From NCBI GenBank assembly GCA_027487375.1, contig JAIYDQ010000048.1, positions 1 through 55,008 on the forward strand: 55,008 nt of DNA, written 5' to 3'. Below are positions 26,986 to 35,661 of this stretch, piece by piece (the first letter of the stretch is position 1; every line of letters begins with the position of its first letter). Under the pieces are notes generated by a model. It ran no database searches, had not been told where the DNA came from, and worked only from the letters and a program-made list of their open reading frames with translations. Source of the stretch: Planctomycetaceae bacterium (GTDB lineage: Bacteria; Planctomycetota; Planctomycetia; Pirellulales; Pirellulaceae). Made by a program: the position numbers and the translations under genes.

Positions 26986-27225
26986 GGTAAACCCTCTCTC
27001 AATACTGTGACCATCGGAGCTAAACGACATGCATCCATTGTCTAGCCCTTCGTGACACGTTTGGTCACAGGGATCACACAATTCCGGAAAAGATGCTTTC
27101 CATGCTCGGCGTTTCCATGAAAACTCTGATCACCATGATCTCTTCGTTAATACCGAGAATTTTACGCTGAATGCGTTCCTGCAAATCTAGACTACTGGGA
27201 GTCGAGATTTCACTTAACATTTTCA

Positions 27226-28656
27226 CTAGTTTTTGATTTCTACCGGTGGAGTAAGTGCGGGCGTGTCGTTTTTATCCTGAGTCGTTGACGGCTTACCGTT
27301 TAACTCAACCAGTTCTTTCCAACGCGCAAGGACCGCGTCTCGTTTGGAATTGTCGGCCACAGGAAGAGCAAGGCTGGTAGCTGCAAAGCCACGGTAAGGA
27401 TGCCATTGAGCTCTTGGATAGTACTTCGTCACATCTTCGCTCAATGCCTTCAGTCCAGCCGCTAAAGCCAAGTCCCGATACTGAGCTTGAACATCTTCGA
27501 TCTTTGGAGTGATCGGGGACTCAGGGTCGATTGCTTCAATACGAGGCACTCCAAAAGGTGCAGGAACCTGTCTCATGGAAATGTTCGTCGATGCCTGAAA
27601 CACGGGCGTGAGTCCGCGATCGTCGGATGTCCAGGGTTCAATCGTCGGGAGGTCTTCCGGTTCCGCAAATCGCATCATGCAAGCCATCGATATCTCGTAC
27701 AAGTCGGAACCAAGATTTTTATCCGCTAGATACTTTCTCGCTAAGTCTTTACCGTCCTCAATTCCGAGCTCCATGCATGTGATCATGATCATCTGCGGTT
27801 CCGAGGTCGCCGTTTTCATCCACTCCCGAAAAAGTGCTTTGAGCGGCGTTCCAAGAGCAGTACCCTGAACTTCTTGCGGAAACGGGGTCCGTCGAGTCAG
27901 AGTCGAGGTTGTGAGTTCGATATCTCGAGGCACATTCACGTTACGCTTATGGAGTTGGACACTCGCGAACATCAGCGTCACGACATCACCGAGTCTCGTT
28001 TCTTCGCCTGTTCGAAGCGACGTAAGAACATCGCGCCCAAGTTTTTCAGTTTGCGTAAGGAGTACATCGCTCCCCGTGAGAACGTTTCGTCCAATTTTCT
28101 GTGCCTCATCAAGAAGCATTTCGCTATCGGCAAAATCATTTTCAGCGAAGCTTGGATGCGCTTCGATCATCTCTTTGAACAGTCGTTTGGAGAGCCTGCC
28201 AGGTCCTACGATCTCAGAAAAACTGGGCCAGTTATCAAGGCCGTACGTTTTATTGGGGTCAGATTCTCGAAGAAACTGATCAACGCGTTTACCAAGGTCG
28301 TCATTTTCGATCGCAATCGCTAGGCTCGCACAACGTGCCCTAACCTCGGGCTCGTCCGACTCGATAGCTGATCGCTTAACAAAAGGCAGTGCCAGGCTCC
28401 CAGATCTGTACAAACGATCCGCGGCAGTCTCACGCAAGTCAGTTGACGAGGAACCAAGGTCGCGTATCCAGCCTTGAATGACCGCGGGATCGGGATCGCG
28501 AGAAACCAACTCGCCGGTGAGTTGGCTCTCTTGCGCGATCGCCGGACGCTGTTGAACGAGTTCGCCTCCAAGCACGATAACGGAGCAATACGCGGCAGCG
28601 ATTGCCAACTGCTTCGAAATTGGATGAGTTAAGGTACTAAGCATAAGCCTGCTCAT
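27226..28656 (-). CDS. Hypothetical exported protein with an N-terminal HEAT-like repeat
   Basis: 476 aa with an ATG start and an N-terminal hydrophobic segment LAIAAAYCSVIVLGG. The stretch IQGWIRDLGSSSTDLRETAADRLYRSGSLALPFV...EPEVRARCASL is HEAT-like. There are no catalytic motifs. Confidence 0.5.
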   Translation of the reverse strand: MSRLMLSTLTHPISKQLAIAAAYCSVIVLGGELVQQRPAIAQESQLTGELVSRDPDPAVIQGWIRDLGSSSTDLRETAADRLYRSGSLALPFVKRSAIESDEPEVRARCASLAIAIENDDLGKRVDQFLRESDPNKTYGLDNWPSFSEIVGPGRLSKRLFKEMIEAHPSFAENDFADSEMLLDEAQKIGRNVLTGSDVLLTQTEKLGRDVLTSLRTGEETRLGDVVTLMFASVQLHKRNVNVPRDIELTTSTLTRRTPFPQEVQGTALGTPLKALFREWMKTATSEPQMIMITCMELGIEDGKDLARKYLADKNLGSDLYEISMACMMRFAEPEDLPTIEPWTSDDRGLTPVFQASTNISMRQVPAPFGVPRIEAIDPESPITPKIEDVQAQYRDLALAAGLKALSEDVTKYYPRAQWHPYRGFAATSLALPVADNSKRDAVLARWKELVELNGKPSTTQDKNDTPALTPPVEIKN

Positions 28657-28848
28657 GAGTAACTGATTTGTAGTCGGTTGCGAGAAAAGCCCGCAAAACC
28701 ACCCTCAATCAACCGGAAAAACAAGCGGTGAAGCCTGAACAAAAACGACCAGTCTGGCATTCGGAAGATCGACGGTCCGAGTGCAGCGACTTAAAACTCC
28801 CAGCCAAGCCCCCCCACCGGCAAATAGTACAAACGCATTTACGCATCA

Positions 28849-28876
28849 CCAGTTGAATCTTGCCAGTTGAATCTTG
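28849..28876. repeat. Perfect 2 x 14-bp tandem direct repeat
   Basis: CCAGTTGAATCTTG is repeated twice and followed by CCA. It sits in the divergent intergenic region between 27226..28656 (-) and the Cys/Met operon (+). Coordinates were cross-checked against ORF 28839..29045. Confidence 0.85.
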
Positions 28877-29061
28877 CCAAGGCGTGGGGTACACTCCCAG
28901 TATACGGGATTTGCGGCCGCTTGCAGCCAAACACTGCTAAAGAGCCATCGGACTTTGCCAAAATCTTGCATCTTGATTCCAAGATGACGGTAATAGGCAA
29001 TGGATGAGTGAGAAAGATCGATTCACTTCGACCCTTTGAATACAACCGATAGCTTTGCGAA

Positions 29062-29116
29062 ACCGCATTCTCGAATCCGCCAGATTTTCCGGCGGGACCA
29101 AGAGTGCGGTTTTTTT
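29062..29116 (+). promoter_or_regulatory. Leader hairpin plus T7 run (intrinsic-terminator-like attenuator or riboswitch expression platform) upstream of the Cys/Met PLP operon
   Basis: The outer stem pairs ACCGCATTCT with AGAGTGCGGT, and the inner stem pairs CCGCC with GGCGG. TTTTTTT follows at 29110-29116, 47 nt before ATG 29164. No plus-strand gene lies upstream that it could terminate. Confidence 0.55.
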
Positions 29117-29163
29117 ATTGATGTTTCTTGAAGCAAAGTCTTGATTGTAAAGTTCTAAACACG

Positions 29164-30387
29164 ATGCAGACTCAAAAGGTTGAACCAACTATCGACGACA
29201 AACCAATTCCACTTCGGGTCGCCGGCCCAAGCACACAATGCGTCCACGCAGGTGAAGCTCGTCAAAAAATGGCCGATGCGATAACGGACGCGATTTGCTG
29301 CAGTAGTACTTACACCTTTCAATCAACAAAGAGTGTCATTGATTTTATTGAACAGAAGCAACCCCGCGAAGAGTACGGAAGATACGGCAGCCCAAACGAA
29401 AAAGTCGTGGAGCGGAAGCTCGCAGCCCTCGACAACGGCGAAGACGCTATCGTTTTCGCAAGCGGAATGGCTGCAGCGGTTGGGCTCTACATGGCCAAGC
29501 TCAACGCTGGAGACGAAATTGTCTTCTTCGACCAGTGTTACCACCGGAGTCGCGAGTTCTGCTCAAAGCATCTCGCTCGCTTCGGAGTGGTGACTCGCCA
29601 AGTTCCCACCGGTGACTTTAGCGCCATGGAAGCGGCAATCAACTCCAAGACGAAAATGCTAGTGAGTGAATCCCCAACGAACCCACACTTAACCGTGATC
29701 GACCTTGAGCAATTCGCCGCACTTGGGAAAGAGCACAACGTCGAAACGATGATCGATGCAACTTTGGCAAGTCCTTACAACATTCGACCACTCGACTATG
29801 GAGTCGACTACGTCTGGCATTCATGCACAAAGTATCTTGGCGGGCACAATGACTTGCTTGCTGGTTCGATTGTTGGCTCCAAGGAAAAGCTGGAATCGGT
29901 TCGCAATCTTCGAGGAATCATGGGTGGTATCAATTCGGCACACAACCTTTACCTCCTCGAACGTGGTTTGAAAACTTTTGCACTACGAATGGAACGTCAC
30001 AACCAGAACGGACAAGCGATCGCAGACTTCCTGGCTAAGCATCCTCGTATCGAGCACGTCTACTATCCCGGACTCTCGTCGCATCCTACTCACGATGTGG
30101 CCAAGCGAACCATGCGTGGTTTCGGTGGCTTAATCACCTTCTTGATCAAGGATGCTGACTGGAGAAAGACGGCAGATGTAGTCGATGCTTGTCGAATCTC
30201 GCGAATCGGTCCAAGTCTGGGCGGCGTCGAATCGCTGATTGAGCAACCGCTCGTAATGAGCTACTTCAACTACCCACCAGAGCAACGAGCTCAGTTCGGA
30301 ATTCCGGACAACATGATTCGCATGGCTTGCGGTATCGAAGACACACAAGATTTAATTGACGACCTTGCACAAGCATTAGATTCATGA
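29164..30387 (+). CDS. Cys/Met-metabolism PLP-dependent enzyme (cystathionine gamma-synthase/beta-lyase family), paralog 1
   Basis: The PLP-lysine block is HSCTKYLGGHNDLLAG, plus ESPTNP. ATG at 29164; the tracked TTG start is at 29128. Confidence 0.85.
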   Translation: MQTQKVEPTIDDKPIPLRVAGPSTQCVHAGEARQKMADAITDAICCSSTYTFQSTKSVIDFIEQKQPREEYGRYGSPNEKVVERKLAALDNGEDAIVFASGMAAAVGLYMAKLNAGDEIVFFDQCYHRSREFCSKHLARFGVVTRQVPTGDFSAMEAAINSKTKMLVSESPTNPHLTVIDLEQFAALGKEHNVETMIDATLASPYNIRPLDYGVDYVWHSCTKYLGGHNDLLAGSIVGSKEKLESVRNLRGIMGGINSAHNLYLLERGLKTFALRMERHNQNGQAIADFLAKHPRIEHVYYPGLSSHPTHDVAKRTMRGFGGLITFLIKDADWRKTADVVDACRISRIGPSLGGVESLIEQPLVMSYFNYPPEQRAQFGIPDNMIRMACGIEDTQDLIDDLAQALDS

Positions 30388-31535
30388 AATTTCGAACGCG
30401 TTCTATTCATGTTGGCGCTAAACCGGACCCGGCAACAGGCGCGGTTGTACCACCAATCCACACGGCGACAACATTCATCCAACCTGGAGCAGGCGAATGG
30501 GGCAAGTTCGATTACTCCCGATCAGGCTCACCAACTCGAAATCAAGTTGAAAAAACACTCGCATCGTTGGAAGGTGGTTTCGGAGCTCTGCTTTACGCAT
30601 CAGGCATGGCAGCAACCCACGGCGCGATGATGTTGCTGAAGGCTGGCGACCACGTTGTTGCTGGTAGCGACATCTACGGCGGAACGTATCGATTACTCCA
30701 CAAGATTTTGAATCGGTCCGGCATCGACGTAACGCTCGCTCCTGCCCACGACACGCAAGCATTTCAAGCCGCCTTTCAGGCGAACACCAAGATGGCTTGG
30801 ATTGAAACGATTGGTAATCCGTTGATGACCATTCCGGACATTCGTGCGATTGCTGATTATTCACATAGCCGGAACGCACTCCTGGGCATCGACAACACGT
30901 TCGCAACCCCATCGCTTGTCAGACCGCTCGAGTTGGGAGCTGACATCGTGATGCACTCCGCGACAAAGTACCTCGGAGGCCACAGCGATTGCCTTTCAGG
31001 CGCGCTAGTCGTTGGCGATGAGCAACTATTCAAAGATCTTTACTTCACACAAAACGCAACCGGTGCTGTGCTCGGTCCGTTCGAATCGTTTTTGCTAGGT
31101 CGAGGAATCAAGACGCTCGATTTGCGAGTTCGCGAACAAAGTCGATCTGCGATGCTGATTGCCCGATGGCTTGAGCAGCATCCCAAAATCAAACGAGTGC
31201 TATACCCTGGATTGGAAGGCCATCCTGGGCATGAACTCGCTAAGAAACAAATGGCTGGCGTCTACGGAGCGATGATTACGTTTGAAGTAGACGGTGACTT
31301 GGAAGCAACCAAACGAGTCTGCCAATCGACCAAGATATTCGGTTTGGCAGTCAGCCTTGGTGCCGTTGAGTCGCTCATCGAGCAACCAGCAACCATGTCT
31401 CACGCAAGCTACGCCGCATCGGATAAAGTCCGATTTGGCATCACCGACGGACTGATTCGAATCTCGGTCGGCTTGGAAGATCCAGAAGACCTTCAAGCAG
31501 ACTTAACGCAAGCGATCCACGCGGGGATAGCATAA
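30384..31535 (+). CDS. Cys/Met-metabolism PLP-dependent enzyme (cystathionine gamma-lyase/synthase family), paralog 2
   Basis: 383 aa. Strings TRSIHVGAKPDPATGAVVPPIHTATTF and HSATKYLGGHSDCLSG are present. The start overlaps the upstream stop (ATGA at 30384-30387). Confidence 0.85.
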   Translation: MKFRTRSIHVGAKPDPATGAVVPPIHTATTFIQPGAGEWGKFDYSRSGSPTRNQVEKTLASLEGGFGALLYASGMAATHGAMMLLKAGDHVVAGSDIYGGTYRLLHKILNRSGIDVTLAPAHDTQAFQAAFQANTKMAWIETIGNPLMTIPDIRAIADYSHSRNALLGIDNTFATPSLVRPLELGADIVMHSATKYLGGHSDCLSGALVVGDEQLFKDLYFTQNATGAVLGPFESFLLGRGIKTLDLRVREQSRSAMLIARWLEQHPKIKRVLYPGLEGHPGHELAKKQMAGVYGAMITFEVDGDLEATKRVCQSTKIFGLAVSLGAVESLIEQPATMSHASYAASDKVRFGITDGLIRISVGLEDPEDLQADLTQAIHAGIA

Positions 31536-31588
31536 CCTCGATCAACATCGCCCCTCCGCAACAGACAACGTTTTGAAGTTTTAAGTTT

Positions 31589-31610
31589 CCAAGTCTTCGG
31601 AGAGACTTGG
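31589..31610. repeat. GAGAC hairpin (family A) copy between convergent genes, probably a bidirectional terminator
   Basis: CCAAGTCTTCGGAGAGACTTGG followed by CTACGG. Confidence 0.6.
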
Positions 31611-31638
31611 CTACGGGAATTGCCTACGTGACTCGTGT

Positions 31639-33762
31639 TTAGAACTCAGGGTTCTTGCGGTTTAGGAAAGGGTAGCTCAGCACGATTGCCCGAACAAATG
31701 CAGAGAACTTATAGTCGTTTGCTTTGGCTTCCTCTACTGCGTCTTCGATAACACATTTATCACTCGCGAATGGCCCTCGACCAAGCGCATAAATCATCAT
31801 TTGCGTCGCAAGCGTCTTAGCGAATTCGTCCTTGCGATCTAAAAGGATGTCTTTGAGTTCGACCGGCCCGGAGAACGTCGTACCATTGGGGAGCTTTCCG
31901 GATGAATCAATCGCCTTACCAACTTCGGATTCACGCCAAGCTCCTATCGCATCGTAGTTCTCGAAACCAAATCCAAGCGGATCCATTTTCGCATGGCAAG
32001 ACGCACATTGAGCATTGGTGCTGTGGGCGGCGAGCCTTTCGCGAAGCGTCATCGGTTTATCGTTAGGATCAGGCTCTTGAAGTTCGGGGACATCAGGTGG
32101 AGGTGGTGGTGCAGGCGAACCGAGAACTGCTCCTGCAATAAAGTTTCCTCGCCGCGGGACATTCGTCCGTGACGGGTCGGATTGAGCCATCAGCAATGCA
32201 GCCGAAGTCAATAGTCCGCCACGTCGACGATCCGTCAATTCGACTCGCGTCATGGTGTCTCCAGCGACACCTTCGATGCCATAATGTTGCGCCAAGACTT
32301 CATTCAGATAGGTGTAGTTTGCGTCCAGAAGATCAGTAACTGGTCGGTCCTTTCTAATGATCTCCTGGAGGAGCATTCGAGGTTCTTGAATGATCGCCTT
32401 ATGCAGTCGGTCATCATAAGATGCAAAGACTTTCTTATCAGGCGAACGACTCTCCAAGTTATTGAACTGAAGCCAAGCTGCAAAGAAATTAGAGATCAAC
32501 GCATCACTTTGTGGATCCTTTAGCATCCGACTGACTTGCTGCTCGATCACCTCTTCCTTAAGAATCTCTCCATTCATGGCGAGTTTAAACAACGCCTCGT
32601 CGGGGGGACCTGACCACAAGAAGAAGCTCAATCTCGAAGCGAGGTCAAAGGCGTCAACGGGATACGCTTCTTCGATATCCACACGGTCTTGTTCAATGCG
32701 AACTAGAAATCGAGGCGATATCAAAACGGAGACAATCATGTTCCCAATGGACGCGTCATGATCCAACTGCTCTTCACGGGACCGATGATATATAGCCATC
32801 ACGCGATCAATCCATTCCTTATCGACAAGTCTCCGAAAGGCGCGATTGGCAAATCGTGTTATCACCTCGCGAGCAATCTCTTCCTCGGAATCGCCCGGGC
32901 GAACCGTTCGAAAGTAGACTTTTCGGTATCCAATAGGCTTGTCCGATTTATCAACTCGCGATTTGTCTTGCACGAGAGCCGCGACAACTTTCTGGGCTGC
33001 TTGATAATATTGTTCAACCTGCAGCGGCGTTAAAGTTAGTGACGCGGCGATGTTATCAAACCCATAGCTTGACGCATCGGCTGGAAACGAATCAGCGAGA
33101 TTCAAATCAAGGCCCGTAAGAAAGCGAATGCTGTTGTCATATTCAACGCGGTTCAAACGTCGAGCTCCAGGCTTTCCTGGGTCGTTTTGTGTTTCGCAAT
33201 TGAGCTGCCCAAGGGTCTTTTTCAGGAACGCCACAATCAATTCACGGTCTTTATCCGATGGCTGCTGCTTCGACTCCTCGGGTGGCATCTCGTGCGCTTC
33301 TACCCGACTGAGCGCTGACTCCCACACGATCGCGTTTTCCAAAATCAATCGTGGGTTCGAGTCCTTTGCAAGGTTCACATCACCGTTTGCTTTGTCACCG
33401 TTATGACACTTGTAGCAGTAACGTCCAAGCAAACCGTTAATGTTACGATCAAACGAAAGAGGATCTTCTTCCGCTTGTTTTGCTTTCGCTTTCGCAATGG
33501 CTATTTCCTTGTCGCGTTCTTTCTTCTTTTCTAGTTCGCGGGCTTTTTTCTCTTCCTTCTTCTTTCGCTCCTCGGCATCTTTCGCTGTCTCCTTAGGTGA
33601 GTCTTCTGAATCTTTAGCGACTTCTACAGACTCAACTTTTGGAGCCTTTTCGTTGTCGACAGATTGCTGTGCGGAGACAGTTGTCGCGGAGACCAACACC
33701 AAAAGCGAGATAGCTTTAATGCGAACGAAAAAACTTGCGAGTTTGATAAAGATAGGGCTCAT
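31639..33762 (-). CDS. DUF1592/DUF1585/DUF1587/DUF1588/DUF1595-type protein with planctomycete cytochrome-c (CxxCH) motifs
   Basis: ATG at 33762 gives the signal-like MSPIFIKLASFFVRIKAISLLVLVSATTVSAQ. Two CxxCH motifs are present (RYCYKCHNG and QCASCHAKMDPLGFGFENYD). There is a Lys/Glu-rich N-terminal low-complexity region. Confidence 0.8.
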   Translation of the reverse strand: MSPIFIKLASFFVRIKAISLLVLVSATTVSAQQSVDNEKAPKVESVEVAKDSEDSPKETAKDAEERKKKEEKKARELEKKKERDKEIAIAKAKAKQAEEDPLSFDRNINGLLGRYCYKCHNGDKANGDVNLAKDSNPRLILENAIVWESALSRVEAHEMPPEESKQQPSDKDRELIVAFLKKTLGQLNCETQNDPGKPGARRLNRVEYDNSIRFLTGLDLNLADSFPADASSYGFDNIAASLTLTPLQVEQYYQAAQKVVAALVQDKSRVDKSDKPIGYRKVYFRTVRPGDSEEEIAREVITRFANRAFRRLVDKEWIDRVMAIYHRSREEQLDHDASIGNMIVSVLISPRFLVRIEQDRVDIEEAYPVDAFDLASRLSFFLWSGPPDEALFKLAMNGEILKEEVIEQQVSRMLKDPQSDALISNFFAAWLQFNNLESRSPDKKVFASYDDRLHKAIIQEPRMLLQEIIRKDRPVTDLLDANYTYLNEVLAQHYGIEGVAGDTMTRVELTDRRRGGLLTSAALLMAQSDPSRTNVPRRGNFIAGAVLGSPAPPPPPDVPELQEPDPNDKPMTLRERLAAHSTNAQCASCHAKMDPLGFGFENYDAIGAWRESEVGKAIDSSGKLPNGTTFSGPVELKDILLDRKDEFAKTLATQMMIYALGRGPFASDKCVIEDAVEEAKANDYKFSAFVRAIVLSYPFLNRKNPEF

Positions 33763-33908
33763 TGTTCTGCTTCGATTCGTGTTGCGAGAACGGCAGGCTG
33801 AAAAATGCCACATGTAGTTTGGGGCTAGTGCTCCATACAAGTACTACAGTTGGCAACTGGACGGGACGATGGTCCCATCCTACGGTGTCTTTACTTCTGC
33901 CGCGTGTG

Positions 33909-35327
33909 TTAGCTGAGCCCAACCAATCTCCCAGTACTATCGCCAAAAGAGCTCTTATCGATCCCGGCTCGTTGAAGCATGTCAACGTACAAGTTACAGA
34001 TCGGAGTCTTCTCCTTGAATAAAAGATGTCGGCCTCCTGTCAACGTGCCGCCTGCACCACCCGCGACAAGAATTGGTAGGTCATCATGATTATGTTTATT
34101 GCCGTCGCTAATTCCCGAACCATAACAAATCATCACGTTATCCAAAAGGGTTCGTTCACCTTCGCGGATCTGGGACATGCGGGTAAGCATCCTCGCGAAG
34201 AGATCGATGTGATGTGTGTTGATACGTGTTAGCTGAACTAGGTTCTCTTCCTTTTTGCCGTGATGAGAAGTCGAATGGTGCGAACCGCTCGCATCAATTT
34301 CGGGATAAGCTCGTCCCGATTTTTCGTAAGAGAATAAGAAACTTGCTAAACGAGTTGTGTCTGTTTGAAATGCCAAAACGAGCATGTCTAGCATGAGATT
34401 AACGTGATCAGCATAAACTTTCGGAATACCTTTTCCATCGGGAATGATGATTTCGCCTAGTCGGCTATCACTATCTTCATCGTGCCCGCTTACTGGAGGA
34501 GCGTCACGAAACGCCTCTCGGTGGTGGGATTCCGAATCTTTACTTGCAAGGGCGATCTGTCGCTCGATGTTACGTATGCCATCGAGATACTCTTCTAGCT
34601 TGCGTTGGTCGCTATATCCTAGGCGACGCTGAAGCGACTTGGTGTCATCGCGTGCGAGGTCGAGAATACTTTTTTCGATGCTCGATTCGCTTAGCGTTGC
34701 TTCTACTTCTTCGGATGACTTTGTCCAATCAGGTTGCTTTGGCTGCTTGCCACGAAAGAGTCGGTTGTAGAGCTCACGCGGATTCATTTCCAGGGCAGCC
34801 GGAGTGGTCTTGCTACGCCACGAGATGTGCGACATGTAAGTCCCGCTGTAACCGTGGTCGCCACGATGTCCTGGATCGATACCCAGCGCAAGCGAATCGA
34901 TCGGTGTTCTTAACCCGATTTCGCGTGCAGCAACTTGGTCGATCGATACACCACCCACTTCTGGTTCTTCCGAGTGTTTGCACTTGGCGCCAACCAAGAA
35001 GCCTCCACCTGCTGGCTCATGCGATGCGACGTTGCCATCGCAATGGTCGGCAGCAAGTCCGCTGATAACGGTGACTTTATCTTTGATTGGCTGGAGTGCC
35101 TTGAGCGTAGGTGGAAGTTCATCGAGCGAGCTATCGCTAGAAGGTCTCCACGTATCCATGTTCACTCCGTTAGGAACATAGAAGAACGCTAATCTGACGG
35201 GCGGGCCAGACGTTACAGGATTCGCTCGGGTGGGACTGGTTGCCATGGCATCTAACCAAGGCAAAGCAATCGAAGCTCCAGCACCGCGAAGAATGGTTCT
35301 ACGAGAAAGTTGCCAAGGTTTTTGCAT
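33909..35327 (-). CDS. DUF1552-family protein with a twin-arginine signal
   Basis: The Tat signal is QLSRRTILRGAGASIALPWLDAMA. His-rich blocks are GSHHSTSHHGKKE and NKHNHDDLPILVAGG. It is the usual genomic partner of DUF1592-type genes. Confidence 0.8.
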   Translation of the reverse strand: MQKPWQLSRRTILRGAGASIALPWLDAMATSPTRANPVTSGPPVRLAFFYVPNGVNMDTWRPSSDSSLDELPPTLKALQPIKDKVTVISGLAADHCDGNVASHEPAGGGFLVGAKCKHSEEPEVGGVSIDQVAAREIGLRTPIDSLALGIDPGHRGDHGYSGTYMSHISWRSKTTPAALEMNPRELYNRLFRGKQPKQPDWTKSSEEVEATLSESSIEKSILDLARDDTKSLQRRLGYSDQRKLEEYLDGIRNIERQIALASKDSESHHREAFRDAPPVSGHDEDSDSRLGEIIIPDGKGIPKVYADHVNLMLDMLVLAFQTDTTRLASFLFSYEKSGRAYPEIDASGSHHSTSHHGKKEENLVQLTRINTHHIDLFARMLTRMSQIREGERTLLDNVMICYGSGISDGNKHNHDDLPILVAGGAGGTLTGGRHLLFKEKTPICNLYVDMLQRAGIDKSSFGDSTGRLVGLS

Positions 35328-35527
35328 AGGGAACCTCTATTATCACGGAAGGCTTAAGTGCTTAGGCGAGCAGAATTCTTGCGGGGGCCGATGATTGCTG
35401 TGAAGCGATCTATCGGCGACAAGACAGTAGTGGGGCGGGACCTAACAAATATAACCGACCGATCGATCGAAATCAGCTAGCTCGTTGCATTTTATTCTGC
35501 TGGTTGATTCTTCCGGACAGTTCTTTA

Positions 35528-35556
35528 CTGGATCGGCAAAACGAGAGCCGATCCAG
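35528..35556 (-). terminator. 10-bp stem-loop about 105 nt downstream of the sulfite reductase gene (putative terminator, no U-tract)
   Basis: CTGGATCGGC, a 9-nt loop, then GCCGATCCAG. Confidence 0.35.
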
Positions 35557-35661
35557 CAGGTAAGAATATCCTTCAGTGCGGATGTATCAACAGCCAGGGA
35601 GAAAGTTGCCTGTTTTACTGACGGAAAGATCCAGGCAAATTCTGAATGTTCGCCCCGCTAA

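Noticed and set aside
26986-27081. Cys-rich N-terminal extension (CDPCDQTCHEGLDNGC) of the vWA ORF from a TTG start
   Set aside because: It is tempting to read this as a zinc knuckle. However, ATG at 26985 has a good AGAGGG ribosome-binding context, and it gives a vWA domain that starts 7 residues before the MIDAS strand, as usual. I keep it only as an alternative start.
28900-29060. SAM-I (S-box) riboswitch upstream of the Cys/Met operon
   Set aside because: I looked for the conserved GGUGGAGGGA, GCAACC, GGUGCYAA and AGAUGAG-type blocks and found none. I therefore report only an unclassified leader, not a SAM-I call.
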